From Pseudomonadota bacterium (lineage in GTDB: Bacteria; Verrucomicrobiota; Verrucomicrobiia; Limisphaerales; SXTU01), in NCBI GenBank assembly GCA_009924135.1, contig RFSE01000008.1:2131-66130 (forward strand): a DNA stretch of 64,000 bases, given 5' to 3'. The notes under the pieces are model-generated. The model was given only the letters and a program-made list of their open reading frames with translations. It had not been told where the DNA came from and did no database searches. The translations under genes were made by a program, and so were the position numbers. This document shows positions 44,672 through 58,751 of the stretch, piece after piece (within the stretch, counting starts at the first letter, position 1; the number at the start of each line of letters is the position of its first letter).

Positions 44672-46501
44672 TCAGGCGGCGGGCGCGCCGGGTGCCGGCG
44701 TTTCCTTCTTCACCGCCGCCTTCACTTCGATGTGCAGGTCGCGGAGTTGCCGGGCGGAGACGGCGCTCGGCGAATCGGTCATCAAGCAGACGCCCTTGGC
44801 GGTCTTCGGGAAGGCGATGACGTCGCGGATGCTCGAGGTGCCGCAGAGGATCGCGATCAGGCGGTCGAAGCCCAGGGCGATGCCGCCGTGCGGAGGCGCG
44901 CCGTACTTGAAGGCTTCCAGCATGTAGCCGAAGCGCAGCTTGGTCTCGTCGGGCGGAATCGCGAGCAGTTCCTCGAAGATGGTCTTCTGCACGTCGGGCT
45001 GGTGGATGCGGATGGAGCCGCCGCCGAGTTCCACGCCGTTGACCACGATGTCGTAGTGCTGGCCGCGCACCTTCTTCGGATCGGACTTGAGGAGCGGGAT
45101 GTCCTCGGTCACGGGCGCGGTGAAGGGATGGTGGCTGGAGTACCAGCGGTTCAGCTCGCGGTCGAAGCCCAGCAGCGGGAACTCGATGACCCAGAGGAAG
45201 TTGAACTGGTCGGCCGGGATGACGAGCTTGCCCTGCGTCTTGAGCACGTCGGCGCAGTAGAGGCGGATCTTGCCGAGAATTTCGCAGGCGTTGAGCCACT
45301 GGTCGGCGGCGAAGAGGATCAAGTCGCCTTCCTCGATCGCCAGCTTGGTCTTGAGCGCGGTCTTTTCGGCCTCGCTGAAGAACTTCACGATGGGTGATTT
45401 CCAGTCGCCGTTCTCCACCTTGATGTAGGCCAGGCCCTTCGCGCCAAAGCTCTTGGCGTACTCGGTCATGGTCTCGATCTGGCCCTGCGTCGCGCCGGCC
45501 ATGCCCTTGGCGTTCATGGCCTTGACCACGCCGCCGTTGGCGATGGCCCCGGAGAACACCTTGAACGTGCTCGCGCGGAAGTCCTCGGTGAAGTCCACGA
45601 GTTCCATGCCGAAACGCGTGTCCGGCTTGTCGATGCCGTAGCGGTTGAGGGCTTCCTCGAAGCTGATGCGCTTGAAGGGCGTGGGGATGTCGATGTTGAG
45701 CGCGGTCTTCCACACGCGCTTGAGCAGGCCCTCGATGAGCGCGTAGATGTCCTCGCGCTCGATGAAGCTCATCTCGATGTCCACCTGCGTGAACTCGGGC
45801 TGGCGGTCGGCGCGGAGGTCCTCGTCGCGGTAGCAGCGGGCGAGCTGGAAGTACCGCTCAATGCCGCTGACCATGAGGATCTGCTTGAACTGCTGGGGCG
45901 ACTGCGGCAGCGCGTAGAACGTGCCGGGCTCGCGGCGGTTCGGCACGAGGAACTCGCGCGCACCCTCGGGCGTGGACTTGAAGAGCGTGGGGGTCTCGAC
46001 TTCGAGGAAGCCCTGCTCGTCCATGAACACGCGCGTGGCCGTGGCGACCTTCGAGCGGACGCGGAGGTTGCGGGCCATCTCGGGCCGGCGAAGATCAAGG
46101 TAACGGTACTGGAGACGCAGCTCCTCGTTGACCTTGTTGGCGACCTCGGGATCGTCCACGGGGAACGGAAGGACCTCCGCGTGGTTGAGCACGGTGAGTT
46201 GCTTCACGAGCACTTCCACCTGGCCGGTGGCGATCTTGTCGTTGTTCGTGCCGGCGGGCCGGGCGCGGACCTTGCCGACGACCTCGATGACGGATTCGGC
46301 GTGCAGGTGCGTGGCGGTGTCAAAGACCTCCTTGGACAAGTCCTGGGGGTCGAACACCGTCTGCGTGCGGCCCTCGCGGTCGCGCAGGTCAATGAAGAGG
46401 ACGCCGCCGAGATCGCGGCGGGAGTGGCACCAGCCGGTCAAAGTGACGGTCTGCCCGGCGTGCTCCGGGCGCAATTCGTTGCAGTGATGCGTGCGTTTCA
46501 T
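44672..46501 (-). CDS. aspS: Aspartate--tRNA ligase
   Basis: 609 aa. N-terminal OB fold (GWCHSRRDLGGVLFIDLRDREG) and class II motifs (FRDEDLRADRQPEFTQ, GGGSIRIH, GFDRL). Confidence 0.92.
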   Translation of the reverse strand: MKRTHHCNELRPEHAGQTVTLTGWCHSRRDLGGVLFIDLRDREGRTQTVFDPQDLSKEVFDTATHLHAESVIEVVGKVRARPAGTNNDKIATGQVEVLVKQLTVLNHAEVLPFPVDDPEVANKVNEELRLQYRYLDLRRPEMARNLRVRSKVATATRVFMDEQGFLEVETPTLFKSTPEGAREFLVPNRREPGTFYALPQSPQQFKQILMVSGIERYFQLARCYRDEDLRADRQPEFTQVDIEMSFIEREDIYALIEGLLKRVWKTALNIDIPTPFKRISFEEALNRYGIDKPDTRFGMELVDFTEDFRASTFKVFSGAIANGGVVKAMNAKGMAGATQGQIETMTEYAKSFGAKGLAYIKVENGDWKSPIVKFFSEAEKTALKTKLAIEEGDLILFAADQWLNACEILGKIRLYCADVLKTQGKLVIPADQFNFLWVIEFPLLGFDRELNRWYSSHHPFTAPVTEDIPLLKSDPKKVRGQHYDIVVNGVELGGGSIRIHQPDVQKTIFEELLAIPPDETKLRFGYMLEAFKYGAPPHGGIALGFDRLIAILCGTSSIRDVIAFPKTAKGVCLMTDSPSAVSARQLRDLHIEVKAAVKKETPAPGAPAA

Positions 46502-46639
46502 GTGCGGTCAAAGGTCCGATCCAGCGGCCGACCGGCCACTGAAAGACGCTCACTTTGGCGGGAAGCAGGGCGCTTATCAAAGGAAAAAGCCGGGGAACGG
46601 GAAGGCTGGGAGGTCAGCTCAGTTTCGTGCACTCCGGAA

Positions 46640-46975
46640 TGCCACTTGGGGAGCCTTCTCCCTTTGCGGAGCAAGGGGAGAAGGTGGCCGGAGGCCGGAT
46701 GAGGGGTGAGGTAAGGCAAAAGGCAAACGTGCCGGTCCATGTCCACCCGGTGCGTGCGGGTTCACGGACGGGCCACGAAGCGCTTCCCTCTCCCAGCGGG
46801 AGAGGGTCAGGGTGAGGGAGAACGCGTACGAACAGACTGAACGCGACGGAAGACCAAAGAACACCGCCGCCGTTCTCCCTCACCTCAATGCTCTCCCGCT
46901 GGGAGAGGAGGCCCACTCGCCCGCGCCACATCCACCCGGTGCGTGCGGGTTTACGGGCAGGTCACGAAGCGATAG
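46640..46975. repeat. Composite repeat block: three GGGAGAGGG-type REP units plus a 45-bp direct repeat
   Basis: REP units at 46655-46705, 46783-46826 and 46866-46912. Direct repeats TCCACCCGGTGCGTGCGGGTT.ACGG.C.GG.CACGAAGCG at 46738-46782 and 46927-46971. Confidence 0.75.
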
Positions 46976-47002
46976 TGTCGGCAGGCATGGAGGACTCACA
47001 CT

Positions 47003-47380
47003 TCAGTATTCGGTGTTCAGTGTAGTTTCGCCATCAATCCCGCCCCGGCTTACGGCTCCAGCGGCGGCTGGCTTGGTCTCGCCGAGCTTGCGTTTCTTGC
47101 CGCTAAAAACCCTGGACCCAACGTGCGCCAAAAGACTCAGCATCACGGTCGTCGTACCCATGGCCAGGAGCGGGTAGATGTTGGAGGAATCCCTTACGAA
47201 GCATCCGGCCAGCCAGGTTCCGGGCAAATGAATGACATAAACGAAGCCGGTAACATTGCGAACTGGACCGCAGGGGCCGAAGGGGCCGCTCACGACGTAA
47301 ACCACGGTAATCAAACACAACAGGAATTCGACGATCAACCCGGTCCTGATCGCCCGCCAAATGGTTTCAAAATCAGCCAT
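47003..47380 (-). CDS. Small hypothetical membrane protein
   Basis: About 125 aa from MADFETIW with 3-4 hydrophobic segments. No family recognised. Confidence 0.45.
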   Translation of the reverse strand: MADFETIWRAIRTGLIVEFLLCLITVVYVVSGPFGPCGPVRNVTGFVYVIHLPGTWLAGCFVRDSSNIYPLLAMGTTTVMLSLLAHVGSRVFSGKKRKLGETKPAAAGAVSRGGIDGETTLNTEY

Positions 47381-47538
47381 AAGCCAGCCCTTGGCCGCCT
47401 TGGCCGTAAGTCGGCTGCCATACCTCACAGAATCCATGGCTGCAAATTAATCCCGGTTACCGCTTCCATCAAGAGTGGTTTCGGAAGCGCGATTTCTGCC
47501 TTTTCGGTTCCTTTCGATTCGAAAGTTAAAAACAGCGC

Positions 47539-47566
47539 TTGCCAAGTGGCCGCCCGTTTGTAAGCT
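47539..47566 (+). promoter_or_regulatory. Candidate sigma-70-like promoter for rpmE
   Basis: TTGCCA, 16 nt, TAAGCT, ending 15 nt before the rpmE ATG. Sequence resemblance only. Confidence 0.25.
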
Positions 47567-47580
47567 ACGCGCCCTTTGAC

Positions 47581-47838
47581 ATGAAAACGGAACTGCATCC
47601 GAAATACGAAGCCGCCGAATTCCGCTGCGCCTGTGGCAACGTGGTTCACACCCGCTCCACCCGCAAAAGCGTCCTGCTGGGCATCTGCAACGTCTGCCAC
47701 CCGTTCTACACGGGCCAGCAGAAGTTCGTCGATACCGCCGGTCGCGTGGACAAATTCCAACAACGTGCCGCCAAGACGCAGGCTGCCCAGGCCGCCGTGG
47801 CCGACGCCGCCGCCGCGAAAAAGAAGAAGAAAATTTAG
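47581..47838 (+). CDS. rpmE: 50S ribosomal protein L31 (Cys-containing type) with an Ala/Lys-rich tail
   Basis: [13 protein letters not shown] ... [24 protein letters not shown]. Confidence 0.9.
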   Translation: MKTELHPKYEAAEFRCACGNVVHTRSTRKSVLLGICNVCHPFYTGQQKFVDTAGRVDKFQQRAAKTQAAQAAVADAAAAKKKKKI

Positions 47839-47852
47839 CTTCCCGGCCCGCC

Positions 47853-47892
47853 ATCGCCCGCCTGGTCCACGCCCGGCGGGCGATTGCTTTTT
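47853..47892 (+). terminator. Rho-independent terminator after rpmE
   Basis: Perfect 10-bp stem ATCGCCCGCC / GGCGGGCGAT, 12-nt loop, then TGCTTTTT. Confidence 0.7.
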
Positions 47893-47900
47893 GCAAGGCA

Positions 47901-47990
47901 AGTTGATGGTTGGGGAGTTGATAGTTGATAGTGGCGTTCGCCGCTCGGCCACCGACTCTCAACTCTCAACTCCCCAACTCTCAACTCCCC
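47901..47990. repeat. Tandem-heptamer-armed hairpin abutting the prfA start codon
   Basis: Left arm AGTTGATGGTTGGGGAGTTGATAGTTGATAGT. The loop starts with GGCGTTCG. Right arm ACTCTCAACTCTCAACTCCCCAACTCTCAACTCCCC ends 1 nt before ATG 47992. Confidence 0.85.
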
Positions 47991-47991
47991 C

Positions 47992-49071
<1,080 letters not shown>

Positions 49072-49073
49072 AT

Positions 49074-49164
49074 GGTCCAAAGTCCAAAGTCCAAGGTCCA
49101 AAGTCCAAAGTCGGCGTCCGGCTGCCATACCCGACTTTGGACTTTAGACTTTGGCCCTTGGACT
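49074..49164. repeat. Tandem-heptamer-armed hairpin immediately after the prfA stop
   Basis: (CCAAAGT)n left arm, loop GGCGTCCGGCTGCCATAC, (ACTTTGG)n right arm. Confidence 0.85.
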
Positions 49165-49171
49165 ACACGTT

Positions 49172-49744
49172 ATGATTAAGGCTTTGATCTTCGATTGCGA
49201 CGGCACCCTCGCCGATACCATGCCCCTGCACTGGCAGGCGTGGCGGGTGATTGCGGAACGGCACGGCATCCACTTCACCGAGGATCGCTTCTATTCGCTG
49301 GGCGGCGTACCTTCCCGGGACATTCTCAAGACGCTGCGCGAGGAGCAGGGCTTGAACTACGATCACCACGTGGTGTCGGTGGAGAAAGAACATGCCTTCA
49401 TGCCGTTTCTCCCGACCGTGCGCAGCATCCCCGAAGTGGTGGCCATTGCGCGCGAACATCACGGGAAGCTGCCGATGGCCGTGGCCAGCGGCGGCAAGAA
49501 GCGCGTGGTCGAGGAGGTGCTGCGCCACCTCGACATCCACCACTGGTTTGGGGCCATCGTCACCAGCGAGGACGTGATCCGGCAGAAGCCGGCCCCGGAC
49601 ATCTTCCTGGAAGCCGCGCGCCGGCTGGGCGTGGAGCCGCAGTTCTGCCGGGCTTACGAGGACACCGATCTGGGCATGGAATCCATCCGCTCGGCGGGCA
49701 TGGAAGCGGTGGACGTCCGGGCGTTCGTCAGCGCCGTTCGTTGA
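49172..49744 (+). CDS. HAD-superfamily hydrolase (beta-phosphoglucomutase-like subfamily IA)
   Basis: IFDCDGTLADT motif I, ASGG motif II and a C-terminal YEDTDLG motif. Confidence 0.8.
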   Translation: MIKALIFDCDGTLADTMPLHWQAWRVIAERHGIHFTEDRFYSLGGVPSRDILKTLREEQGLNYDHHVVSVEKEHAFMPFLPTVRSIPEVVAIAREHHGKLPMAVASGGKKRVVEEVLRHLDIHHWFGAIVTSEDVIRQKPAPDIFLEAARRLGVEPQFCRAYEDTDLGMESIRSAGMEAVDVRAFVSAVR

Positions 49745-52411
49745 GCATTTTCTGGGCGCGGTCGATCTTCTCCTGCAGCGGCCGGCGCAGCGCGGGAAAC
49801 ATCTCCTGCATCCGCAGGTAAATCTGGCGGGCGGCGGCCCAGTCGCCCTGGCTTTCCCGGAGTTTGGCCAGGAAGAGGCCGGCCTCCCGGATCGCTCCCA
49901 GATTGCGGGATTCACCCGGTCGCAAATTCTTCTGATAAAAGACGTTGCTCCAGTTTTCCACCGCCTCCACCGGCCGGTTCTGCTTGGCCCGGACATCGCC
50001 CAACGCCACTTCAGCCAGCGAACGCGCTTCCGCCTCGGCCCCCGGCCAGTTCATGGCCTTCAGATAGGCCCCGGCCGCCAGTTCGAGTTCCTTGGCGTCC
50101 CCGTTTTTTGCCGCCCGTTGCAGATGACAGTTGCCGATCTGGCCCATCGCGTAGGCCGCCTGCCGGCTCGTCGGAAAATTGTTGGTGATGCGGTTGTAGG
50201 CGTTGATGGCGTCACCAAACGGGTCCACGCCAATGTTCACTCCGCCCTGGCTGGAACTCAAATACGTGTCACCCAGCGCAAAAAATGCTTCCGCCAGAAT
50301 GTCCTTGGGAGTGCGCTGGTCATTGACCAGGCCAACGAAGTAGTTGGTCGCAGCCTGATAGCCCTGCTGTTCCCCCCGCGCCAGGGCCGCCCGGCCGGCG
50401 GACAACCGCGCCCGGTATTTCAACTCCCCATCCGGCCAGTTGGTATTTTGGAACACCAGTTGGTAACTGGCTTCCGCCTTGTCGTAGGCGTCCCCCTGGC
50501 TGAAGTAGTAGTCGCCCACGCGGTACTGCGCCCGCGGCGCGTTGACATGTGCCGGGAAGCGGACGACAAAATTGGTGAACAATGACAGGGCATTGGTTCC
50601 ACCCGTCAAATCCGTGAACTCCGCCCGCAGGTATTCCACCTCCGCCCGCGCACTGTTTGTGGGGAACAGGAGCACCCACTCGTCGAGCGTGCGCACGGCG
50701 TTCGTCCAGTCGGACTCCTTATGGTAGGAGCTGGCGATGCCCAGATGGGCGTCCGGCGCGAAAGCGGAGTTGGGAAAGCGGTCGAGCAGCATCTGGAACT
50801 TGCTCCGCGCCGCCACCGGTTTCGTCATGCGGTTCAATTCAGTGCCGAACAGCAGCAGCACCTTCTCGCTGTCATTCCCGGCGGGAAACCATTGCAGGAT
50901 GCGTGCCACGGCATCCTCGGCCACCGTGAGATTCGTCACGGCCAGGGCGACCCTCATTTGCTGTTCGAGCGCCTTGTCCAGGTAGTTGGTCCGCACCCGC
51001 CCGTCATCCGCATACTGCTCGACCACGAGGGCGAAATTCCGCAGGGCGTTCGTATAGTCCTTGAGCTGCGCCAGCGCCTCCCCGAGCTTGATGCGGGCGA
51101 CGGCCTGGTCCTCGGACTTGGGCAGCCGTTGCGCCGCCATCTCAAAATCAGCCGCCGCCTCGGCCGGCTGACGCAGGTGCCAGAAGCACCAGCCGCGCTG
51201 GTAGAACGCCTCGTTGCGCAACGGGCTGTTCGTGTAAGTCAGCACGACCTGGTTCAAATTTGTCAGGGCGGCCAGCAGAATGTTTGTCCGGCCCACGGTG
51301 CCGTTGGTGCCGGTGGTACCGCCAGGGTGATGAACGAACTCCCACAGCCGCAACTCCCCCATTTTGAGCTGTGCGAAGTCCAGCGACGGGTCCGTCGGAT
51401 ACTGGGTCGAGAACAACTCCAGCAGGGCCACCGTCTGGGGCTCGTGGTTGGGCTGCGCCAGGCTGAGGTCAACCGACTTGACCAGCGCCCGGCGGCGAAG
51501 TTCCGCCGGGGCGTTGGTCGCGAAATTGTTCGTCAGCGAATCCACCGCCCGCGACAGCAAACCCAGCTTTTCCAGCACCAACCCTTGCAACGCGTAGGAT
51601 TCCGCCCGCATCACCGGCTCCGCCAGCACCTCGGCCTGGTGGACCAAATTCGTGGTTTCGGGCAACGCCTCCGCCGGGCGGCCAGCCTCGATCAACGTCC
51701 GCCCCAACAGGAACCGCCGCCGCCAGTCGTCCTCCTTTTCCAGTCGCAATCCATCGAGCACTCGGGCGGCCCGCTCGGCCCCGGGGTAATCATGGATTGC
51801 CAGCAGGGATTCGCCCAGCAACAGGTGTCCGCTGACGGCGAGGCTGTTGGTCGGCGACGCCTTGGCCGCAACTTGGAAGGCCCGGTCCGGTCCGCGCAGG
51901 AGGGCCACGACGTTGGAGTGCTGCCCGAGCCGGAACCGGGCGAGCGCCTCGTGGTGGGCGGCGGCAAACAGGTGCGGCGAGTTGGTGAAATCCCGGACCA
52001 GATGCCCATAGGCTTCGGCGGCCTTCTCATACTGCTTCGCCTCGAAACGCGCTTCGCCCAGCCAGAACTGGTACTGGTCCGCGAGCTTGCCTGCCTGCGG
52101 CAACCCGGTGGTCAGCAAGTCGATGGCCCCGACGGCATTGGTACGGGAGTACCTGGCCCGCGCCTGCAACAGGACGGCTTCGCTGCGCAAGGAAGATTCC
52201 GGAAAGGTGCGGGCGAACTGGCCGAACTCACGCTCGGCCCGCTCGAAGTTCAAGTCTTGAAACGCCTTGGCCGCCGCGTCGAACGCCCCCTGCTCTGCCG
52301 GGTCGGTGACTTCCTGGGCGGTGGCCCGCAACAGCATCATCAGGGCAAGGGCAAGCAACCAGATCCACGGGCGGGGCCCGTGATGGCGGAAGCTGGATTG
52401 AAGCACGCGGC

Positions 52412-52415
<4 letters not shown>
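49728..52415 (-). CDS. Large secreted tetratricopeptide-repeat protein
   Basis: Signal peptide ([18 protein letters not shown]) and many TPR-like A/Y/L repeats across 895 aa. The GTG start overlaps the uvrA stop (GTGA). Confidence 0.7.
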
Positions 52416-55480
<3,065 letters not shown>

Positions 55481-55617
55481 GTCGCTAAATCTCGCGTTCC
55501 GAGTGAGGAACAAGCTTAACGGCGACGCCGCCGGATGCAAAGCCTGTGAACAGAACCCGGCGTCATCGCTGCTTTTTTTTCGACATCCGGGGCGTTTCGG
55601 CATTACAACGCAGTCCA

Positions 55618-56364
55618 ATGAAAGTCCTCATCCTTGGTGCCGGCTATGCGACCCGACTGTATCCGTTGACTCTCACGCAGCCGAAACCGCTGTTGAGCGT
55701 GGCGGGCAAGCCCATGATCGACTATGTCATGGACAACCTCGCGGCCATCGCGGGGATCGACCGCGTTTATGTTGTGACCAACGACAAGTTCGCTGGCCAT
55801 TTCCAGAAATGGGCGGACGAATATGCCAACCGCGCGCCCTTCGCCTTCACCATCATCAACGACGGCTCGACCGATGATTCCAACAAGCTCGGGGCCATCG
55901 GGGATCTGAATCTGGTGCTGCAACGCGAACACGTGGACGACGATCTGATCGTCGTAGCGGGCGACAACCTCTTCAGCGAGAAGCTCTCGGCCTTCGGTGA
56001 GTTCTGCCGGGCAAAGAACGCCCCCGTGCTGGGCGTGTATGACGTCGGCAGCCTTGAATCAGCCAAAAAATACGGCGTCGTGGCGGTGAACCGCGACGGA
56101 GTCATCGAAGACTTCAAGGAAAAGCCCGCGCAGCCCGCCAGCACGCTCATTGGCATCGCGCTGTATTATTATCCCCGCGCCACCCTGCCGCTCGTGGCGC
56201 AATACCTCGCCGAGGGCAACAACCCCGACCAGCCCGGCCGGCTCATCCAGTGGCTCTACCCCCGCACGCCGGTTTACACTTGGGCAGTGCCGGGCATCTG
56301 GTACGACATCGGGTCCAAGGAAACCCTCGACGAGGCCAACCGCATTTTTGCCCGGAAGCATTAG
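55618..56364 (+). CDS. Sugar-phosphate nucleotidyltransferase (NTP_transferase family)
   Basis: [27 protein letters not shown]-terminal signature. Confidence 0.8.
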   Translation: MKVLILGAGYATRLYPLTLTQPKPLLSVAGKPMIDYVMDNLAAIAGIDRVYVVTNDKFAGHFQKWADEYANRAPFAFTIINDGSTDDSNKLGAIGDLNLVLQREHVDDDLIVVAGDNLFSEKLSAFGEFCRAKNAPVLGVYDVGSLESAKKYGVVAVNRDGVIEDFKEKPAQPASTLIGIALYYYPRATLPLVAQYLAEGNNPDQPGRLIQWLYPRTPVYTWAVPGIWYDIGSKETLDEANRIFARKH

Positions 56365-56382
56365 TTCGCACCGACTGTTGTC

Positions 56383-57258
56383 ATGAAAACCTCCGCCTTG
56401 TTCCTGGCCGTACTGCTCAGCGCCCGGTCCCTCCTCCTTGCGGCCGAACTCCCGGCGGAAATCCCCCTGTGGCCCGGTGGCGCGCCCGGTTCCGAAGGTA
56501 AAACGGAGAAGGAATTGCAGGTGAAGAACGCCGCCGGTGATGTCACCAGCGTCTCCCGCATCCATAACCCCAGCCTCACGCCCTACCTGCCCGCGCCCGG
56601 CAAGGCCAACGGCTGCGCGGTGCTCGTCATCCCCGGCGGCGGCCACCGCGTGCTGGCCATCGCCCACGAGGGCTACAACGTCGGCGAATGGCTGCGTGAC
56701 CACGGCATCGCCGCCTTTGTGCTCAAGCACCGGCTCGCGCGGGAGACCAACTCCACCTACCAGATCGAAGTGGAATCGCTCGCGGACACCCAGCGCGCCA
56801 TGCGCCTCATCCGCAGCCGCGCGACGGAGTGGCATGTGGACCCCGCGCGCCTGGGCGTGACGGGTTTCAGTGCCGGGGGCGAACTCGCCTGGCTCGTGAG
56901 CGCCCGCAATGACAACGGCCTGCCCGACGCCAAGGATGCCGTGGACAAGCAAGGCTGCCGCCCCGCCTTCCAAGCCCTGATCTATCCCGGCCGCTCCGCC
57001 ACGATCCTGCCGACCAAAGAAGTCCCGCCCGTCTTCCTCTGCGCCGGCTACGGCGACCGCCAGGACATTTCGGAAGGCTTGGCCGAAGCCTACCTGCGCT
57101 TCAAGAAAGCCGGCGTCCCGGCCGAGCTGCACATGTATTCCAACGCCGGCCACGGCTTCGGCCACCGCGCCGGCAACACGGGTCCGCATGGCGCATGGCT
57201 GGAGCGGTTGCAGGAGTGGCTGACAGCGCAGGGGATGTTGACCGTAAAAAAGCCTTAA
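56383..57258 (+). CDS. Secreted alpha/beta hydrolase (esterase/lipase-like)
   Basis: Signal peptide, VLVIPGGG oxyanion region, GFSAGG nucleophile elbow and a C-terminal GHGF. Confidence 0.75.
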   Translation: MKTSALFLAVLLSARSLLLAAELPAEIPLWPGGAPGSEGKTEKELQVKNAAGDVTSVSRIHNPSLTPYLPAPGKANGCAVLVIPGGGHRVLAIAHEGYNVGEWLRDHGIAAFVLKHRLARETNSTYQIEVESLADTQRAMRLIRSRATEWHVDPARLGVTGFSAGGELAWLVSARNDNGLPDAKDAVDKQGCRPAFQALIYPGRSATILPTKEVPPVFLCAGYGDRQDISEGLAEAYLRFKKAGVPAELHMYSNAGHGFGHRAGNTGPHGAWLERLQEWLTAQGMLTVKKP

Positions 57259-57309
57259 TTCCGATCTTTGCCCGTCGTCCGCGTGCGCTGCGAATGGTCT
57301 GCGACGCCG

Positions 57310-57505
57310 CCGCGCTCCCCTGCTCTCCCCAATCCCAACGGGATTGCGCCCCTCAGCCCAGGGTTGGCGGAGCCCCGCGACGCCAACCCTGGGTCAGCCG
57401 TCGCAAAACCGGCGAACCCTGAGGAGGTTCTGGCGCATCGGGCCGGAGAGCCGCAACCCTTTCAGGGTTGGAGGCATCCTTCCCACTCACACCCAAGATA
57501 GCCTC
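57310..57505. repeat. Cluster of short hairpins (family I)
   Basis: AATCCC-AAC-GGGATT; CCCAGGGTTGGCG-N11-CGCCAACCCTGGG (57357-57393); CAACCCT-TTC-AGGGTTG. Confidence 0.6.
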
Positions 57506-57716
57506 GTCTGACTCGGCAACCTTGGGCTGAAGGCCGCAGCCCCGTTGGGGCAGGCAAGTCAAGCACTCCACACCTCAATCGTCGTGTGCGTCCGCAAGGT
57601 CTTGGACTGCGCCAGCCCTCTGGCGCTTTTCGCCCGGACGTGGAAAGTCATCGGTTGCTCTGAAAAGCGACGGAGGGCCGCCGCGCTCCAGGACGCTGGT
57701 GCGAGGTCGGTTGCCC
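57506..57716 (+). repeat. Long palindromic repeat, family B, copy 2
   Basis: Aligns along its length with 58402-58604. The internal halves GTCTTGGACTGCGCCAGCCCTCTGGCGCTTTTC and GAAAAGCGACGGAGGGCCGCCGCGCTCCAGGAC are mutually inverted. Confidence 0.8.
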
Positions 57717-57796
57717 GTGTTGCGCCGGTTTTTACCGCGGGCACTTGATTTGTCTTGCCATGCGGGGCCGGGGCCAGAAATTTCACCCCTACCTGT

Positions 57797-58180
57797 ATGA
57801 AGATCACCGTTGTTCAGGCTGGGGCCACGACGATTTATGTCTACGACGCCCCCGATCTCGTCATCGGGCGGGCCGCGAAAGGTTCCAACGCCCAGGTGCA
57901 AATCGAAAACGATCCCAGCATTTCACGCCGTCACCTGCGCGCGTGGATGCAAGGGCTGGAGTTGTGGGTGGAGGATTTGGGCAGCACCTGGGGCACCCGG
58001 ATCAACGGGCAGGCAATCGAAAAGCCGACCCGCGCTTTTGCCACCGACTACATTCAAATCGGCGACTCCGTCCTTACGATCAGTGCCGACCCCGCTGAAG
58101 GCCGAAATGGCGTAGCCAAGCCTGACGGGCAGGCGGAAGCGACGCAACTGCCCGACTTCCTCCGGCGACGGGATGAGTAA
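57797..58180 (+). CDS. Small stand-alone FHA-domain protein
   Basis: LVIGRA...ISRRHLRAWMQGLELWVEDLGSTWGTRINGQAI..IQIGDSVL matches the FHA core (G-R ... S-x-x-H ... N-G). Confidence 0.75.
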   Translation: MKITVVQAGATTIYVYDAPDLVIGRAAKGSNAQVQIENDPSISRRHLRAWMQGLELWVEDLGSTWGTRINGQAIEKPTRAFATDYIQIGDSVLTISADPAEGRNGVAKPDGQAEATQLPDFLRRRDE

Positions 58181-58260
58181 TACCAACTGCGGGAATAGTT
58201 TGGTAAGAGGCCGCGAGCAGTGGCTGGCGCAGCCCTGCTCCCTCCCCATGAACCAGGATC

Positions 58261-58346
58261 GGTAGGGCGCGCCTGTCCTCAGCGCGCCGCCGGCCACCCG
58301 GACGCCACCAGACTTCGGCGGCGCGGTGAGGACATCGCGCCCTACC
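58261..58346. repeat. Hairpin repeat, family E-like (GGTAGGGCGCG arms)
   Basis: GGTAGGGCGCGCCTGTCCTCAGCGCGCCGCC ... GGCGGCGCGGTGAGGACATCGCGCCCTACC. Confidence 0.75.
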
Positions 58347-58401
58347 CGTCGCAGGTTCAGGGGTTCAAACCGGGGATTCGGCCAGCGTATTCCAGTAGTT
58401 G

Positions 58402-58604
58402 GTCTGTCTCGGCAACCGCGGACTGAAGGCCGCTGCCCCGTTCAAGCCAAGCACTCGGCAGCTCAATCGTGGTGGAAGTCCGCGAGGTCTTGGAGTGCGC
58501 CAGTCCTCTGGCGCTTTTCGCCTGACGTGGAAAGTCGTCGGGCGGTCTGAAAAGCGGCGGAGGGCCGCCGCAGTCCAGGACGCTGGCGCGAGGTCGGTTG
58601 CCCC
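58402..58604 (+). repeat. Long palindromic repeat, family B, copy 3
   Basis: Same orientation and organisation as 57506-57716. Confidence 0.8.
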
Positions 58605-58751
58605 CGGAGCAAGGCGCTGCACGTCTGACCCTCAATTGTCCTGCCCACCGCAATTCCTGACTAGACCGGAAGGCGGCGAGGCCGCATTGTTTCCCGGCAG
58701 CCGAGATTTTGACTGACTTCACGTCGGCCAACGTCCAACGCCGCAACTTTT

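Noticed and set aside
44574-45713. 379-aa minus-strand ORF overlapping aspS
   Set aside because: It is an alternative frame of the aspS gene with extreme Arg/Pro/Gly content. The aspS frame carries class II synthetase motifs.
46640-46975. Possible CRISPR array (also considered for the 54014-54743 and 33105-33544 clusters)
   Set aside because: The repeats are palindromic units in mixed orientations with irregular spacing, and they belong to dispersed families. There are no regularly spaced direct repeats with unique spacers, and no cas genes.
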